From IMG/VR virus record IMGVR_UViG_3300042905_002309, positions 169,278 to 233,277 of that record: DNA of 64,000 nt; one strand, given 5' to 3'. The notes beneath the pieces were generated by a model. It was not told the origin of the DNA and ran no database searches. It worked only from the letters and a program-made list of their open reading frames with translations. Every line of letters starts with the position of its first letter. Position 1 is the stretch's first letter. Of the stretch, positions 14,514 through 23,351 are shown one piece after another. Made by a program: the position numbers and the translations under genes. Origin of the DNA: a virus (lineage: Duplodnaviria; Heunggongvirae; Uroviricota; Caudoviricetes).

Positions 14514-14777
14514 ATGTTCCTATTAATTCTAGTTATAGGTGTACTAACTGTATCACAGTATTACATGTGGGGTAAGATTCTTCGTTATGAAGGCGAAATG
14601 CGTATCATGAAGGAAGTTACCTTAAAGTTTATCAAGCGTTATTACAATCAAGATAGTGAATTGTATAAACGTGCTGACCAGATTGAGCGTACAAAGTGGA
14701 GTCCTGATATCATTGAAAACCACATGGCAGAAGGTAATCCACCCGCTGAAACATTGCTTCCTTTCGTAGGGCGATAA
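14514..14777 (+). CDS. small membrane-anchored protein
   Basis: N-terminal TM segment FLLILVIGVLTV. Confidence 0.55.
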   Translation: MFLLILVIGVLTVSQYYMWGKILRYEGEMRIMKEVTLKFIKRYYNQDSELYKRADQIERTKWSPDIIENHMAEGNPPAETLLPFVGR

Positions 14778-14832
14778 GAAAACATTAAAATTTCACGCAG
14801 TAGTTGACAAGTCACAGGGGATAGTTCATACT
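14776..14832 (+). promoter_or_regulatory. conserved early-type promoter cassette (TTGACA 14804-14809, N17, CATACT 14827-14832)
   Basis: Read directly from sequence. Drives rIIA-rIIB. Confidence 0.75.
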
Positions 14833-14884
14833 TATTGAAGTTGAGTGCATAAGGCATCAAACGTAAAACAAGGTGAGATTAGTT

Positions 14885-17056
14885 ATGATTCAAAATGAGA
14901 TTAGAAATGTGATCGAGCGTTCAGATAGTTTTCCAGAAAAGACTTTCCAAATTGAGGCATCAGCAAAAGCTTTTCGTATTCTGTTTGATGGTTTGTACTC
15001 TGACAAGCCCACTGCAATCATGCGTGAATTGGGTTGTAATGCCTATGATGCACATGTCACGGCAGGTAAGGCAGACTTTAAGTTTGATGTACATCTTCCT
15101 AGTACACTTGAACCATTTTTCATGCTCCGTGACTATGGTATCGGGTTGGCACATGAAGACATTGTGACTATCTACACGATCTTGTTCAAATCCACCAAGA
15201 CTAATTCCAATGACCAAGTTGGATGCCTTGGATTGGGTTCTAAGTCTCCTTTCTCGTACACTGATAACTTCACTGTTATCTCGTATTTCAATGGTGTCAA
15301 GACGGTGTATAACATGTTCTTGAATGAGAATGATATCCCTGCTTACGCAACTTTGTTGACTGAGGAAACCACTGAACACAATGGACTTGAAATAAGTTTC
15401 TCTGTGAAACAGCAGGATATCTATACATTTTATTCCAAAGCACGAAGTACCTATACCTACTTCAAGACGAAACCCAATTTCATTGGACGTACCTGCGACA
15501 TTCCCGAAGTGACCTACATTCAGAAACGTGATGGTAAGTGGGGTTTGCGTGATGCTGATAGTTGGGGTAATGCCAATGCAGTTATGGGTAATGTTGCTTA
15601 TAGCATGGGTGGAGCCGACTTTGATACGCTTACGACAGAAGAAAAGGCTATCTTGAAGTTGAATATCGATATCTTTTTCAATATCGGTGAATTGGATGTT
15701 GCCGCTAGTCGTGAAAAACTTTCATACAACACACAAACCAAGAAAAACATTAAGGATAAACTAACTCTTATTGTTAAAGAGTTGGCAGAAGAACTTAATA
15801 ATGAGATTGCCAACTGCAAAAGTCTTTGGGATGCTAAGATTTTGTTGCATGAATTGACCAGTGGTTCCATGAAAGTTTTCCGTAATATTGTGGAAAATAT
15901 TTCCGTCACATTCAATGGTGAACCTGTCGGTAAAGAGGAAATTTGTTTCGGTGAGACAGATTATCATTCATTCAATGTTACTTCACATCTTTTCACGAAA
16001 ACTAGACGTTCTAATCGTGATCGTTATGGCTTCAATACGCTTCATTATCTTGTTGCTACAAAGTCACAGAAATTCTTTGCAGGTGATACCACAAAGAATG
16101 TTAAAGCACGTATTACCAAGTACATACAGGAACAGAAAGCTTTGGGTGTGGAAAAGGTTATCGTAAATCTTATTCACTCTGCTCACCCTGATTTACTTAA
16201 CGAAGCTGTTAAAGCGTTCAAAGTTAAAATTGGTATGGCAGATGATGTTGTGATTACGCCTGTCAGTGAGTTACCTTTTGATAAGGTTGTGCGTTGCTCT
16301 AGTCAGTCTAGCGGTGGTGGTGTGTATAACTATAAGAATACCAAGAAGATTTTCAAGTATGTTGGTGGTGGTTATAGCGATGGTGACAATTGGGAAGTGG
16401 CTGAACCAGAGTTAGATGATGGTGGTGTCTATGTTATCATTAACCGATATCGCATTGACGGTGAGAAGGCACAAAGCTACCTTGACGAATATGTAAATTT
16501 ATTCGAAAAGATTAGTGATGAACCTGTCACGATCTATGGTATCAAGTCGAATGAGTATTCAGCTACTTTTGCACCTTTGACCAATTGGGTTCCGTTGAAG
16601 ACCTATACGGAAACTTTGGTTAAGGATTATATCAAAGACAATGAACTTGAAGAGATTGTGAATATCAGTAAGGCGTATAATAGTGATTCCGTGAAGTGTA
16701 CGACTGATTTGAATGGTTATCACAATCAAACTGCTCAAAACCGAACATACTTCGAAACTTACATTGATTCACTTAAAAATCTTGTAAAGTATAAAGATAA
16801 TATCGAAACGATTCTTGAACTTTTTACGAATAAAGAAATTATTCCTTTCTTGACACCGTATGTAACGCTTGACATTGATAAGATTGGTAAGTATCGTGAA
16901 ACGTTCAAAAGTATGTTTGAAAGTATCGAGATGGATTTCCCAATGATTCGTTTTGCGGATAACTTCAATGCCAATGGTTTACAGATTGTGAAAGACTATA
17001 TTGAAATAATGATTAAAAATTCAGGAATGCTTATTGACAATCCTGCGGTAGCGTGA
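14885..17056 (+). CDS. rIIA: rIIA-like protein (GHKL-type ATPase fold N-terminus)
   Basis: RELGCNAYDAH, DYGIGL and GLGSKSPFSYTDNF match remembered T4 rIIA motifs. About 720 aa. Followed by rIIB. Confidence 0.9.
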   Translation: MIQNEIRNVIERSDSFPEKTFQIEASAKAFRILFDGLYSDKPTAIMRELGCNAYDAHVTAGKADFKFDVHLPSTLEPFFMLRDYGIGLAHEDIVTIYTILFKSTKTNSNDQVGCLGLGSKSPFSYTDNFTVISYFNGVKTVYNMFLNENDIPAYATLLTEETTEHNGLEISFSVKQQDIYTFYSKARSTYTYFKTKPNFIGRTCDIPEVTYIQKRDGKWGLRDADSWGNANAVMGNVAYSMGGADFDTLTTEEKAILKLNIDIFFNIGELDVAASREKLSYNTQTKKNIKDKLTLIVKELAEELNNEIANCKSLWDAKILLHELTSGSMKVFRNIVENISVTFNGEPVGKEEICFGETDYHSFNVTSHLFTKTRRSNRDRYGFNTLHYLVATKSQKFFAGDTTKNVKARITKYIQEQKALGVEKVIVNLIHSAHPDLLNEAVKAFKVKIGMADDVVITPVSELPFDKVVRCSSQSSGGGVYNYKNTKKIFKYVGGGYSDGDNWEVAEPELDDGGVYVIINRYRIDGEKAQSYLDEYVNLFEKISDEPVTIYGIKSNEYSATFAPLTNWVPLKTYTETLVKDYIKDNELEEIVNISKAYNSDSVKCTTDLNGYHNQTAQNRTYFETYIDSLKNLVKYKDNIETILELFTNKEIIPFLTPYVTLDIDKIGKYRETFKSMFESIEMDFPMIRFADNFNANGLQIVKDYIEIMIKNSGMLIDNPAVA

Positions 17057-17103
17057 TAAAGTATTAGTAACGAGTGAGACAATAATAACAAAGGAGAATG
17101 AAA

Positions 17104-18186
17104 ATGCAAACAGTTGGTTCTATGATTAGTGGCAGTGGTAAGATTACGATCATCATTGGTTCAAAGGTTTATACCGTTGAAACCGATCATGTATCATATC
17201 AGGACATCCTTGGTGCGCTTCGTACTAAAGATTATTCTGAATTGGAAAACCTTTTGGAAGTGGGTAAGCAGATTAATAAGTTTGGTGAAGGTAAAGTGCA
17301 GGTTATCGATGGGATCATTTATTATGATTCTATGCCCGTACATTCGGCTTTGACTAATCGTATCATCTCTTTGATGAACCAGAAGATGCCTTTTGCACCT
17401 ATGGTTAAGTTCTTTGAGAATCTTATGCTTAATCCGAGCAAGAATACTTGCGATCAAATTTACACGTTCTTGGAGTTTAATGCACTCCCTATCTGTGAAG
17501 ATGGTTGTTTCTTCGCTTACAAGCGTGTGACGGAAGAGTTCAAAGACTTTTTTAGTGGTAAATTTGATAACAGCGTTGGTGCAGTTGTCAAGATGCCTCG
17601 TAACCAGTGTAACGATGATATGCACGTTACGTGTTCTACGGGTTTGCATGTGTGTTCAAAAGATTATCTTCCCTACTATCAGGGTGGTCAGGGTCGAATG
17701 ATTATTGTTAAAATTAATCCGAAGGATGTGGTTGCTGTTCCTGTGGATTATAAGAACACCAAGATGCGTTGCTGTGAGTATACGGTTGTGGCAGAAATTC
17801 CTAAGACTATTGAGGAACCTAATAGCAAGGAATACTTCACTGCTCCCTTGTACACTGCAAAGGGTGAAGTCGCTCAAGCTGTAACGAAAGTTAATAGTCC
17901 TGTGGAAGGTGCTGATCCGTATGAACTTGGTAGTGATGCCTTTGATCGTGGTGTGGATGATGATATGAATCCTTACGAATTTGGTACGGATGATTATGAT
18001 ACGTGGTTTGAAGGTTATCAAGACGCAGAAAACGATTGTTCTGCTTATGACGAGGAAGAAGATGAAGAAGATGATGGTGGCGAGGATACACAAGGTGAGA
18101 TTGAGTTTGATCGTTCCAAGTCCGATAGTGTTGTGACTACTTATCACAACGTGCGTGATAGTAAGGGTCGTTTCGTTAGTCGCTAA
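17104..18186 (+). CDS. rIIB: rIIB-like protein with a long acidic C-terminal extension
   Basis: VVKMPR..NDD...C..GLHVCSK and KMRCCEYTVV match the remembered T4 rIIB. ATG 17098 is an alternative start. Confidence 0.88.
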   Translation: MQTVGSMISGSGKITIIIGSKVYTVETDHVSYQDILGALRTKDYSELENLLEVGKQINKFGEGKVQVIDGIIYYDSMPVHSALTNRIISLMNQKMPFAPMVKFFENLMLNPSKNTCDQIYTFLEFNALPICEDGCFFAYKRVTEEFKDFFSGKFDNSVGAVVKMPRNQCNDDMHVTCSTGLHVCSKDYLPYYQGGQGRMIIVKINPKDVVAVPVDYKNTKMRCCEYTVVAEIPKTIEEPNSKEYFTAPLYTAKGEVAQAVTKVNSPVEGADPYELGSDAFDRGVDDDMNPYEFGTDDYDTWFEGYQDAENDCSAYDEEEDEEDDGGEDTQGEIEFDRSKSDSVVTTYHNVRDSKGRFVSR

Positions 18187-18195
18187 TAGTTCCCT

Positions 18196-18240
18196 GCGGG
18201 GAGTGTGGTGTTACCCTCACCCACTCCCTGCCGTTTCGTT
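18196..18240 (+). terminator. rho-independent terminator candidate after rIIB
   Basis: GC-rich hairpin GCGGGGAGTG(T)GGTG...CACCCACTCCCTGC followed by CGTTTCGTTT. Confidence 0.5.
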
Positions 18241-18250
18241 TGAGGTATAT

Positions 18251-18670
18251 ATGTACTCAGGATATAAAGAGTTTGAGGTCACATCAAGTCATTATAAATT
18301 TTTATTCATAAAGGCTTTGACCAGAGGTTTACATGCATGGGAAGTCGTAGATAAAACCCAATTGGTATCAAGATTAGTTAATGTGCGTGATATCAAAGAT
18401 GGAGAGAATTTTTTAAAATCAATCGGTGCTTGGGAACAGTTTGAGAAAGAATATACAAACATTCCAAAGATTGAGAATAAAATTACTCCAGAAGATAATT
18501 TCAGTGTTGGTACAATTGAGAAAGAAAGTGAGAAGAAAATTATGTCATTGAAGGTTGATGAGAAGATTACACCAGATAGTGTTGAACAGATTAATCAACA
18601 AATTCAAGGCGAAATTAAACGTAGAGGTCGTCCAAAAGGTTCTAAAAATAAATTAAAGGAAGGAAAATAA
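18251..18670 (+). CDS. hypothetical protein with a C-terminal AT-hook-like motif (RRGRPKGSKNK)
   Basis: ATG 18251 follows TGAGGT. Confidence 0.55.
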   Translation: MYSGYKEFEVTSSHYKFLFIKALTRGLHAWEVVDKTQLVSRLVNVRDIKDGENFLKSIGAWEQFEKEYTNIPKIENKITPEDNFSVGTIEKESEKKIMSLKVDEKITPDSVEQINQQIQGEIKRRGRPKGSKNKLKEGK

Positions 18671-18672
18671 TA

Positions 18673-18867
18673 ATGAGTATATTTGCAAAGCTTGAGAATG
18701 GTCGTGTGATAATTTTGAATGAGCGTGGTCAGGGTAATGGTCGTGCATCAGTTGGGAGTGGTTATGTCAGTGTACAGGTGAATGGGGATTTCATCATGGC
18801 TACACGTAAAGACGGACGCATTGAATTCCTTGATAAACACGCTCAATATACTGGCAGAAGTGCTTAG
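18673..18867 (+). CDS. hypothetical protein
   Basis: SD AAGGAAGGA upstream. Confidence 0.55.
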   Translation: MSIFAKLENGRVIILNERGQGNGRASVGSGYVSVQVNGDFIMATRKDGRIEFLDKHAQYTGRSA

Positions 18868-18869
18868 TT

Positions 18870-19205
18870 ATGAACGATTTACAATACGAGAAATTGTTGA
18901 AGAGTTGTACATCAGAGTGTACACATCCGTATTGTTTCTTAAAGATGTTCTTCATGAAGCAACATCCTAGTGAACGTGTAGTAGTTCAATTAAAATGTAT
19001 TGAAATCGCTAAATGGACTTGGAGTTCCGAAATAGGTAAAGATATAGGTTGGGAAGCTACTGGTATGCGGTGGGTATCTGATGGGTACGCAAAGGCATTT
19101 GCTACAGCTTATAATGAGAACGATGAAGTCTTGGCAATATTTAAACTTACAATGGATATTGTCAAAGATGAAATGAAAGCCAAGTCAGGGGAAATACAAT
19201 TTTGA
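18870..19205 (+). CDS. hypothetical protein
   Basis: 111-aa ORF. Confidence 0.55.
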   Translation: MNDLQYEKLLKSCTSECTHPYCFLKMFFMKQHPSERVVVQLKCIEIAKWTWSSEIGKDIGWEATGMRWVSDGYAKAFATAYNENDEVLAIFKLTMDIVKDEMKAKSGEIQF

Positions 19206-19417
19206 ATGATGATATTGACAATATGGACGTATCGACATTACTTACCGAACAAACACGTTTGTATGAAATTTTAAATAAAGGTGATGTCATGAATGATAAC
19301 CCTTTAATCCCTCGTCTTAAAATGGTGAAAGAAGAGATTGACAGTAGACGAATTGTTGGTAATCTATGTACTGATAAGAACATTTTAACTAGGCTTTTAA
19401 GGGTGATACATGGATGA
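19202..19417 (+). CDS. hypothetical protein (TTG start)
   Basis: TTG overlaps the upstream stop; AGGGGA lies upstream. Confidence 0.45.
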   Translation: MNDDIDNMDVSTLLTEQTRLYEILNKGDVMNDNPLIPRLKMVKEEIDSRRIVGNLCTDKNILTRLLRVIHG

Positions 19418-19787
19418 TATAATTACAGAACAGCTTCAAGAGCGTGTGATTAATAAGACACATGAAATGTTTTATGTGCTTATGAATAAACTATTCTTAG
19501 GTGGTTCGTACTTACAACCATCATTACCTTACATTAAATTTAACTTAAAGGGTAAAACCGCAGGGAAGACTTATGTAGAAGATAATGTGATAAAGTTCAA
19601 TATGTATTTTATTGAACACAATCTTAATGATTTTCTACGTGACACTGTACCGCACGAAGTCGCACATCTTTATGAATGGTCTATATACCGATCAATTGGA
19701 CATAAGAAGCATTGGAAAGAATTTATGCAGATGATGGGTGTACTTAATCCGAAGCGTTGCCACTATTATTTAACGGTGAAAAAATGA
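19410..19787 (+). CDS. SprT-like zinc metalloprotease
   Basis: VPHEVAHLYEW (HExxH) in a context resembling remembered E. coli SprT (VPHELAHLLVW). Confidence 0.65.
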   Translation: MDDIITEQLQERVINKTHEMFYVLMNKLFLGGSYLQPSLPYIKFNLKGKTAGKTYVEDNVIKFNMYFIEHNLNDFLRDTVPHEVAHLYEWSIYRSIGHKKHWKEFMQMMGVLNPKRCHYYLTVKK

Positions 19788-20062
19788 TAACTTGGAGTAC
19801 AGTATTTGCAGTGGCTATCTTCATAGCGGGTTGGAATGTCAATAATGAAGCCTATAAGTTTCTATTAAGTTATTTGAAGAATGAATACTTTTGCGCTTTA
19901 CTTTGTTGGGTGTCTCGTGTTATTATATTGAGTCAGTTGGGTTCTTGGATAATTCCTGTACATCCAATATTCTTTCAGTATATGATGGGTTGGCATGTGA
20001 TCGAAGGCGTATTGATGATCTTGATCTTAATTGCAGGAGCTTTTGTAAAGGTGAAAAAATGA
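19784..20062 (+). CDS. membrane protein
   Basis: ATGA overlap with the upstream gene. Several TM segments. Confidence 0.55.
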   Translation: MITWSTVFAVAIFIAGWNVNNEAYKFLLSYLKNEYFCALLCWVSRVIILSQLGSWIIPVHPIFFQYMMGWHVIEGVLMILILIAGAFVKVKK

Positions 20063-20331
20063 TTTTAATAGCATATTTAATTGACTACCCTAATGTGAAA
20101 ATGCGTATTGATATTGGTATTATTTCACCTGTGAAGGAATTTACTACTAATAATACCATTGAACGATTGGTAACACAGAATGTATCTATTGCACCACATA
20201 AGGTGATTAACTGGTGTAAGAAGAATAATCCTAAAATGATTGTTTCTGATATTGACGGTAGCAATGAAATGGTATATGATTATTTGAATGGATATGTCGG
20301 TGAACAACTTAAATTGAAATTAGAGGAATAA
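20059..20331 (+). CDS. hypothetical protein
   Basis: ATG 20059 follows GGTGAAAAA. The track start at 19891 is in-frame read-through over the previous gene. Confidence 0.5.
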   Translation: MILIAYLIDYPNVKMRIDIGIISPVKEFTTNNTIERLVTQNVSIAPHKVINWCKKNNPKMIVSDIDGSNEMVYDYLNGYVGEQLKLKLEE

Positions 20332-20332
20332 T

Positions 20333-20551
20333 ATGAAAATTGTAATATTAATGGTATGTTTGATTGGTATCGTAATTCCTTTGGCAGGGATTTTAAGTGT
20401 TTTTAAGAATTATCAATTTACACCAAAGCACGAATTTTTGAATAAAGTTTACTTTTATAAGGGTATTCTTGTTGATGCTATCATTGTGTCAGCGTTGTTG
20501 ATTATTGGTCAGTATTCTGTTCAATTATTTTTATCGACTTTGGTAAAATAA
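20333..20551 (+). CDS. small membrane protein
   Basis: SD GAGGA upstream. Two TM segments. Confidence 0.55.
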   Translation: MKIVILMVCLIGIVIPLAGILSVFKNYQFTPKHEFLNKVYFYKGILVDAIIVSALLIIGQYSVQLFLSTLVK

Positions 20552-20554
20552 TTG

Positions 20555-20583
20555 TTGACGGATTAATAAAGGTGTGTTAGAGT
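20555..20583 (+). promoter_or_regulatory. promoter (TTGACG 20555-20560, N17, TAGAGT 20578-20583)
   Basis: Read directly from sequence. Confidence 0.6.
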
Positions 20584-20624
20584 ATTTACATTGAGTGCGA
20601 GAAGTAACAACACAGGAGATAAAG

Positions 20625-20795
20625 ATGATTAAGCAGAAAGTTTGTCCTAAATGTGGGTATGATGTTTATATCAAAGCTGATCTTAGTTGGGATGAGGTTA
20701 AACAGAATTGGGAAGTTGTTTGGACTAACGATCAAATCAGTTGTGCAAGATGTCATAACGAGTTTCGAATAAAAGATATTAAAGATGTAATGTAA
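20625..20795 (+). CDS. small zinc-ribbon protein (56 aa)
   Basis: SD CAGGAG upstream. CPKCG...CARCH motifs. Confidence 0.5.
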   Translation: MIKQKVCPKCGYDVYIKADLSWDEVKQNWEVVWTNDQISCARCHNEFRIKDIKDVM

Positions 20796-21042
20796 AGAAT
20801 GCAGATGGGTTTGTGTGGTTCGGATACAACGAAGTAGATTCGGTAAATAAATCCACACAGATTAATGCGACAGGGGGAGTTCCAAAGTCTCCCTATGAGG
20901 CGAACATAGTAACGAATAAGAGGTCGCTAATACCTCATAAAGTGAACGGGGATTGGTAAGTAGGTGTACAACGCTTACTGTATTGCTGAACACGACTTTG
21001 GTGCAATTTAGTGTTGAAAACGTTAGTGAAAGGAATAAAATT

Positions 21043-21342
21043 ATGAAATGTATTAAGAAAGAGAATGTTGTAAAGCGTGTGAAGAATGATTCAGCTACCT
21101 ACCTTGTTAAACAGGGTTGGGCTTATGTGGCGAAGAAAGAGTGGAAAGTTGCCAAGGCAGGTAAACCCTCAACTTCACAGGATGAAGCCGTTGTAGAGGA
21201 TGTGAAGCGTGTTAAAAAGGCCAAGGGAGCAAAGGTCAAGAAGCAGAAGGTGGAAGAGGTTGAAGATACTGTGGAACCTGTGGTTGCAGATGTTCCCAAG
21301 GTTGTGAAGAAAGCTAAGAAAAAGATTTCGATTGAGGTATAA
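21043..21342 (+). CDS. lysine-rich (histone-tail-like) small protein
   Basis: SD AAAGGA upstream. KRVKKAKGAKVKKQK...KKAKKK. Confidence 0.55.
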   Translation: MKCIKKENVVKRVKNDSATYLVKQGWAYVAKKEWKVAKAGKPSTSQDEAVVEDVKRVKKAKGAKVKKQKVEEVEDTVEPVVADVPKVVKKAKKKISIEV

Positions 21343-21343
21343 T

Positions 21344-21562
21344 ATGATAAAAGTTACAAAATGGGTTTTAGCTACTAAGAAACCAGAATATAGCGATATT
21401 AAAAATAGAATGTATCTTAACTGTGTCGATGATAGTTTTGAGGTTGGTGATATAACACATCGCGGATTAGTTTTGTGTCATACCAGAGAAGGTGCTAGAA
21501 ATTTAGGTCATGGGTTTTTCGATTTGACACCTAAAAAACTTACATTGACAGTAGAGGATTAA
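21344..21562 (+). CDS. hypothetical protein
   Basis: Start is 1 nt after the upstream stop. Confidence 0.55.
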   Translation: MIKVTKWVLATKKPEYSDIKNRMYLNCVDDSFEVGDITHRGLVLCHTREGARNLGHGFFDLTPKKLTLTVED

Positions 21563-21563
21563 T

Positions 21564-22454
21564 ATGAACGTATCAAAAAATGAGATTCCTGTAGTATGGT
21601 ATGATTTTAGTATTCATTCATGCTCTAGCGCAAAGAAAGCTAAAACCATTTCCAAAGAGACAGAAGAGTTTAATACTTCTGATAATGGAACTGTATCAGC
21701 TATGGTATCCATTATCCCTAAGATTTGGGCTAAACCTATCCGTACAATCGAAGGGAAGATTCGTAATCATTTTAACCTACATGCTATCCAAATTGGTAAC
21801 ATGTATGCAGTTCCTATCACAACTTACCCTAAGTTTAAACATGACTTGGATATGTTACTTTCAGAACATTATATCAAAGTCGAAGCTTTGCTTAAAGTGG
21901 CTGAAACGGGTGAACTTTATGAAGTCGCTAAGAAACAATTGAGTAAAATTACTGACAAGGAAAATATCAAGTTGCCTAGCGTTGAAGAGATTCGTACAGG
22001 CTACGGAGTTGATATCAATGTTAATGTGAATTTTGAGTCTGAGCGTACACAGACAGCTTTGAAAGTGTTAGGTAACGATATTAAGGATAAGCTTGTGGAA
22101 GATGTTAAGGCTAGTGCGGAAGCTAGTGTACGTGATCAACAAAAGGCTATCATGGAAACTATCTTGAATCCTGTCAAAGCTTTGATTAAGGATATCCAAG
22201 ATCGTTGTAACCGTGGTGAAGATGATTCCAAGGTTGTTTGGAAGACACTTGTGGATAAGATCAAGCATATTACTGAGGTTTTGCCACAGTATAATATTAA
22301 TAATGATCCAGAAGTTTCAAAGATGTTTGACGCTTTGAAAGAGAGTTTCGGCAACTTGGACAAGGAAACTTTGAAAGTTAGTGCTGATGTCCGTAAGGAT
22401 GCGGTTGTTAAGGCTGAGAAGATTGCGATGGATTTCTCTAAGATGTTTGCTTGA
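21564..22454 (+). CDS. hypothetical protein (296 aa)
   Basis: SD GAGGA within the AGGATTAATATG junction. Confidence 0.65.
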   Translation: MNVSKNEIPVVWYDFSIHSCSSAKKAKTISKETEEFNTSDNGTVSAMVSIIPKIWAKPIRTIEGKIRNHFNLHAIQIGNMYAVPITTYPKFKHDLDMLLSEHYIKVEALLKVAETGELYEVAKKQLSKITDKENIKLPSVEEIRTGYGVDINVNVNFESERTQTALKVLGNDIKDKLVEDVKASAEASVRDQQKAIMETILNPVKALIKDIQDRCNRGEDDSKVVWKTLVDKIKHITEVLPQYNINNDPEVSKMFDALKESFGNLDKETLKVSADVRKDAVVKAEKIAMDFSKMFA

Positions 22455-22462
22455 AAGGATTT

Positions 22463-22711
22463 ATGAGTAAAAAGATATTATTTAAGAATTTAGTTGCATT
22501 ATTGGTTACGGGTACATTGGGAAGTTTTTTTATATTTGTGATTATTGGTTTAATGATCTATGCACCACCCTTTAGAATTTTCAGTATAGTTGCTTTTGCT
22601 GTTGCTATGCTTATGTGGGCTATAGTTCGTGTATGTGATATGGTTGCACATTGGAAATATTTTATGAGTGGTAAAAAATCTTTGAAGAAATTATTGACAG
22701 AAGCGGATTAA
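22463..22711 (+). CDS. membrane protein
   Basis: ATG follows AAAGGA. Two or three TM segments. Confidence 0.55.
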   Translation: MSKKILFKNLVALLVTGTLGSFFIFVIIGLMIYAPPFRIFSIVAFAVAMLMWAIVRVCDMVAHWKYFMSGKKSLKKLLTEAD

Positions 22712-22785
22712 TAGTGTAACCTATTATCTGTAAGTGAGAGATGTGTTGGTAAACGTGTGTTTAAATGTGAGAGAAGGAGAAAGAA

Positions 22786-23016
22786 ATGAACTATAGTATT
22801 GTTGATGTGAAGAGTGGTAAGAAGGGTCGTCCTGCTAAGTTGGTGAAGTTTACTGATGGTAGCGAGATTATGTTGAAGGAGTGGATTAAGGTTACTCCCG
22901 AAGGTAAGCTCTTTGCCAAGGAACTTCGTAAGGCTAAGAAAGTTGTCGCACAGGTTTCCACACCTGTTGAAGCCCCTACTGCGCCTGTTGCCGAGTCTGT
23001 CGGCATCGGTGCGTAA
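22786..23016 (+). CDS. small protein with an AT-hook-like GRP motif
   Basis: SD GAAGGAG upstream. KKGRPAK. Confidence 0.55.
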   Translation: MNYSIVDVKSGKKGRPAKLVKFTDGSEIMLKEWIKVTPEGKLFAKELRKAKKVVAQVSTPVEAPTAPVAESVGIGA

Positions 23017-23027
23017 GTAGTATCCAA

Positions 23028-23075
23028 CCCCTGTCTGGTGGTTTACAATATCATCAGACAGGGGAAGGGATTTTA
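23028..23075 (+). terminator. hairpin terminator candidate
   Basis: Perfect 10-bp stem CCCCTGTCTG/CAGACAGGGG with a 17-nt loop, then AAGGGATTTTA. Confidence 0.45.
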
Positions 23076-23080
23076 ATATT

Positions 23081-23164
23081 GCACCCGTAGTCGGACTAGG
23101 TTTCTACCCTATGTAACCGTAATTGGAACTGCAACTACAGGTTCGAATCCTGTCGGGTGTACCA
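23081..23164 (+). ncRNA. atypical 84-nt tRNA-like gene (possible UCU anticodon loop), CCA encoded
   Basis: Acceptor GCACCCG/CGGGTGT (G1-U72), T-arm ACAGG-TTCGAAT-CCTGT, then A-CCA. The only 7-nt-loop hairpin is (C)TAGG-TTTCTAC-CCTA(T). The D region and variable region cannot be folded canonically by hand. Confidence 0.4.
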
Positions 23165-23177
23165 TTTGAAAGGACTT

Positions 23178-23351
23178 ATGAAACAATATAAACATGTGTT
23201 AGATTTTTGTTTTACCGTGGATACTAATATTGGTTATGAGTCCATTCCACGAGAAGTTTTACTTAAAGCTTTGAAAGATCGTATTAAACGTATTGAAGAG
23301 TCTGGTGAAGATACTGGTATTGGACTAGTTGACACAGAAGAGATTAAGTAA
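23178..23351 (+). CDS. hypothetical 57-aa protein
   Basis: ATG follows AAAGGA. Confidence 0.5.
   Translation: MKQYKHVLDFCFTVDTNIGYESIPREVLLKALKDRIKRIEESGEDTGIGLVDTEEIK

Noticed and set aside
14960-18147. Long minus-strand ORFs from the track (14960-15379, 15598-15915, 17194-17649, 17656-18147 and others)
   Set aside because: They lie antisense inside the confidently identified rIIA and rIIB genes, lack SD sequences and have odd compositions. They are shadow ORFs typical of AT-rich DNA.
12549-23164. tRNA genes as a prophage attachment or integration signature
   Set aside because: No integrase, recombinase or repressor module is present in the window. rII, homing endonucleases and repair genes indicate a virulent phage with its own tRNA array.
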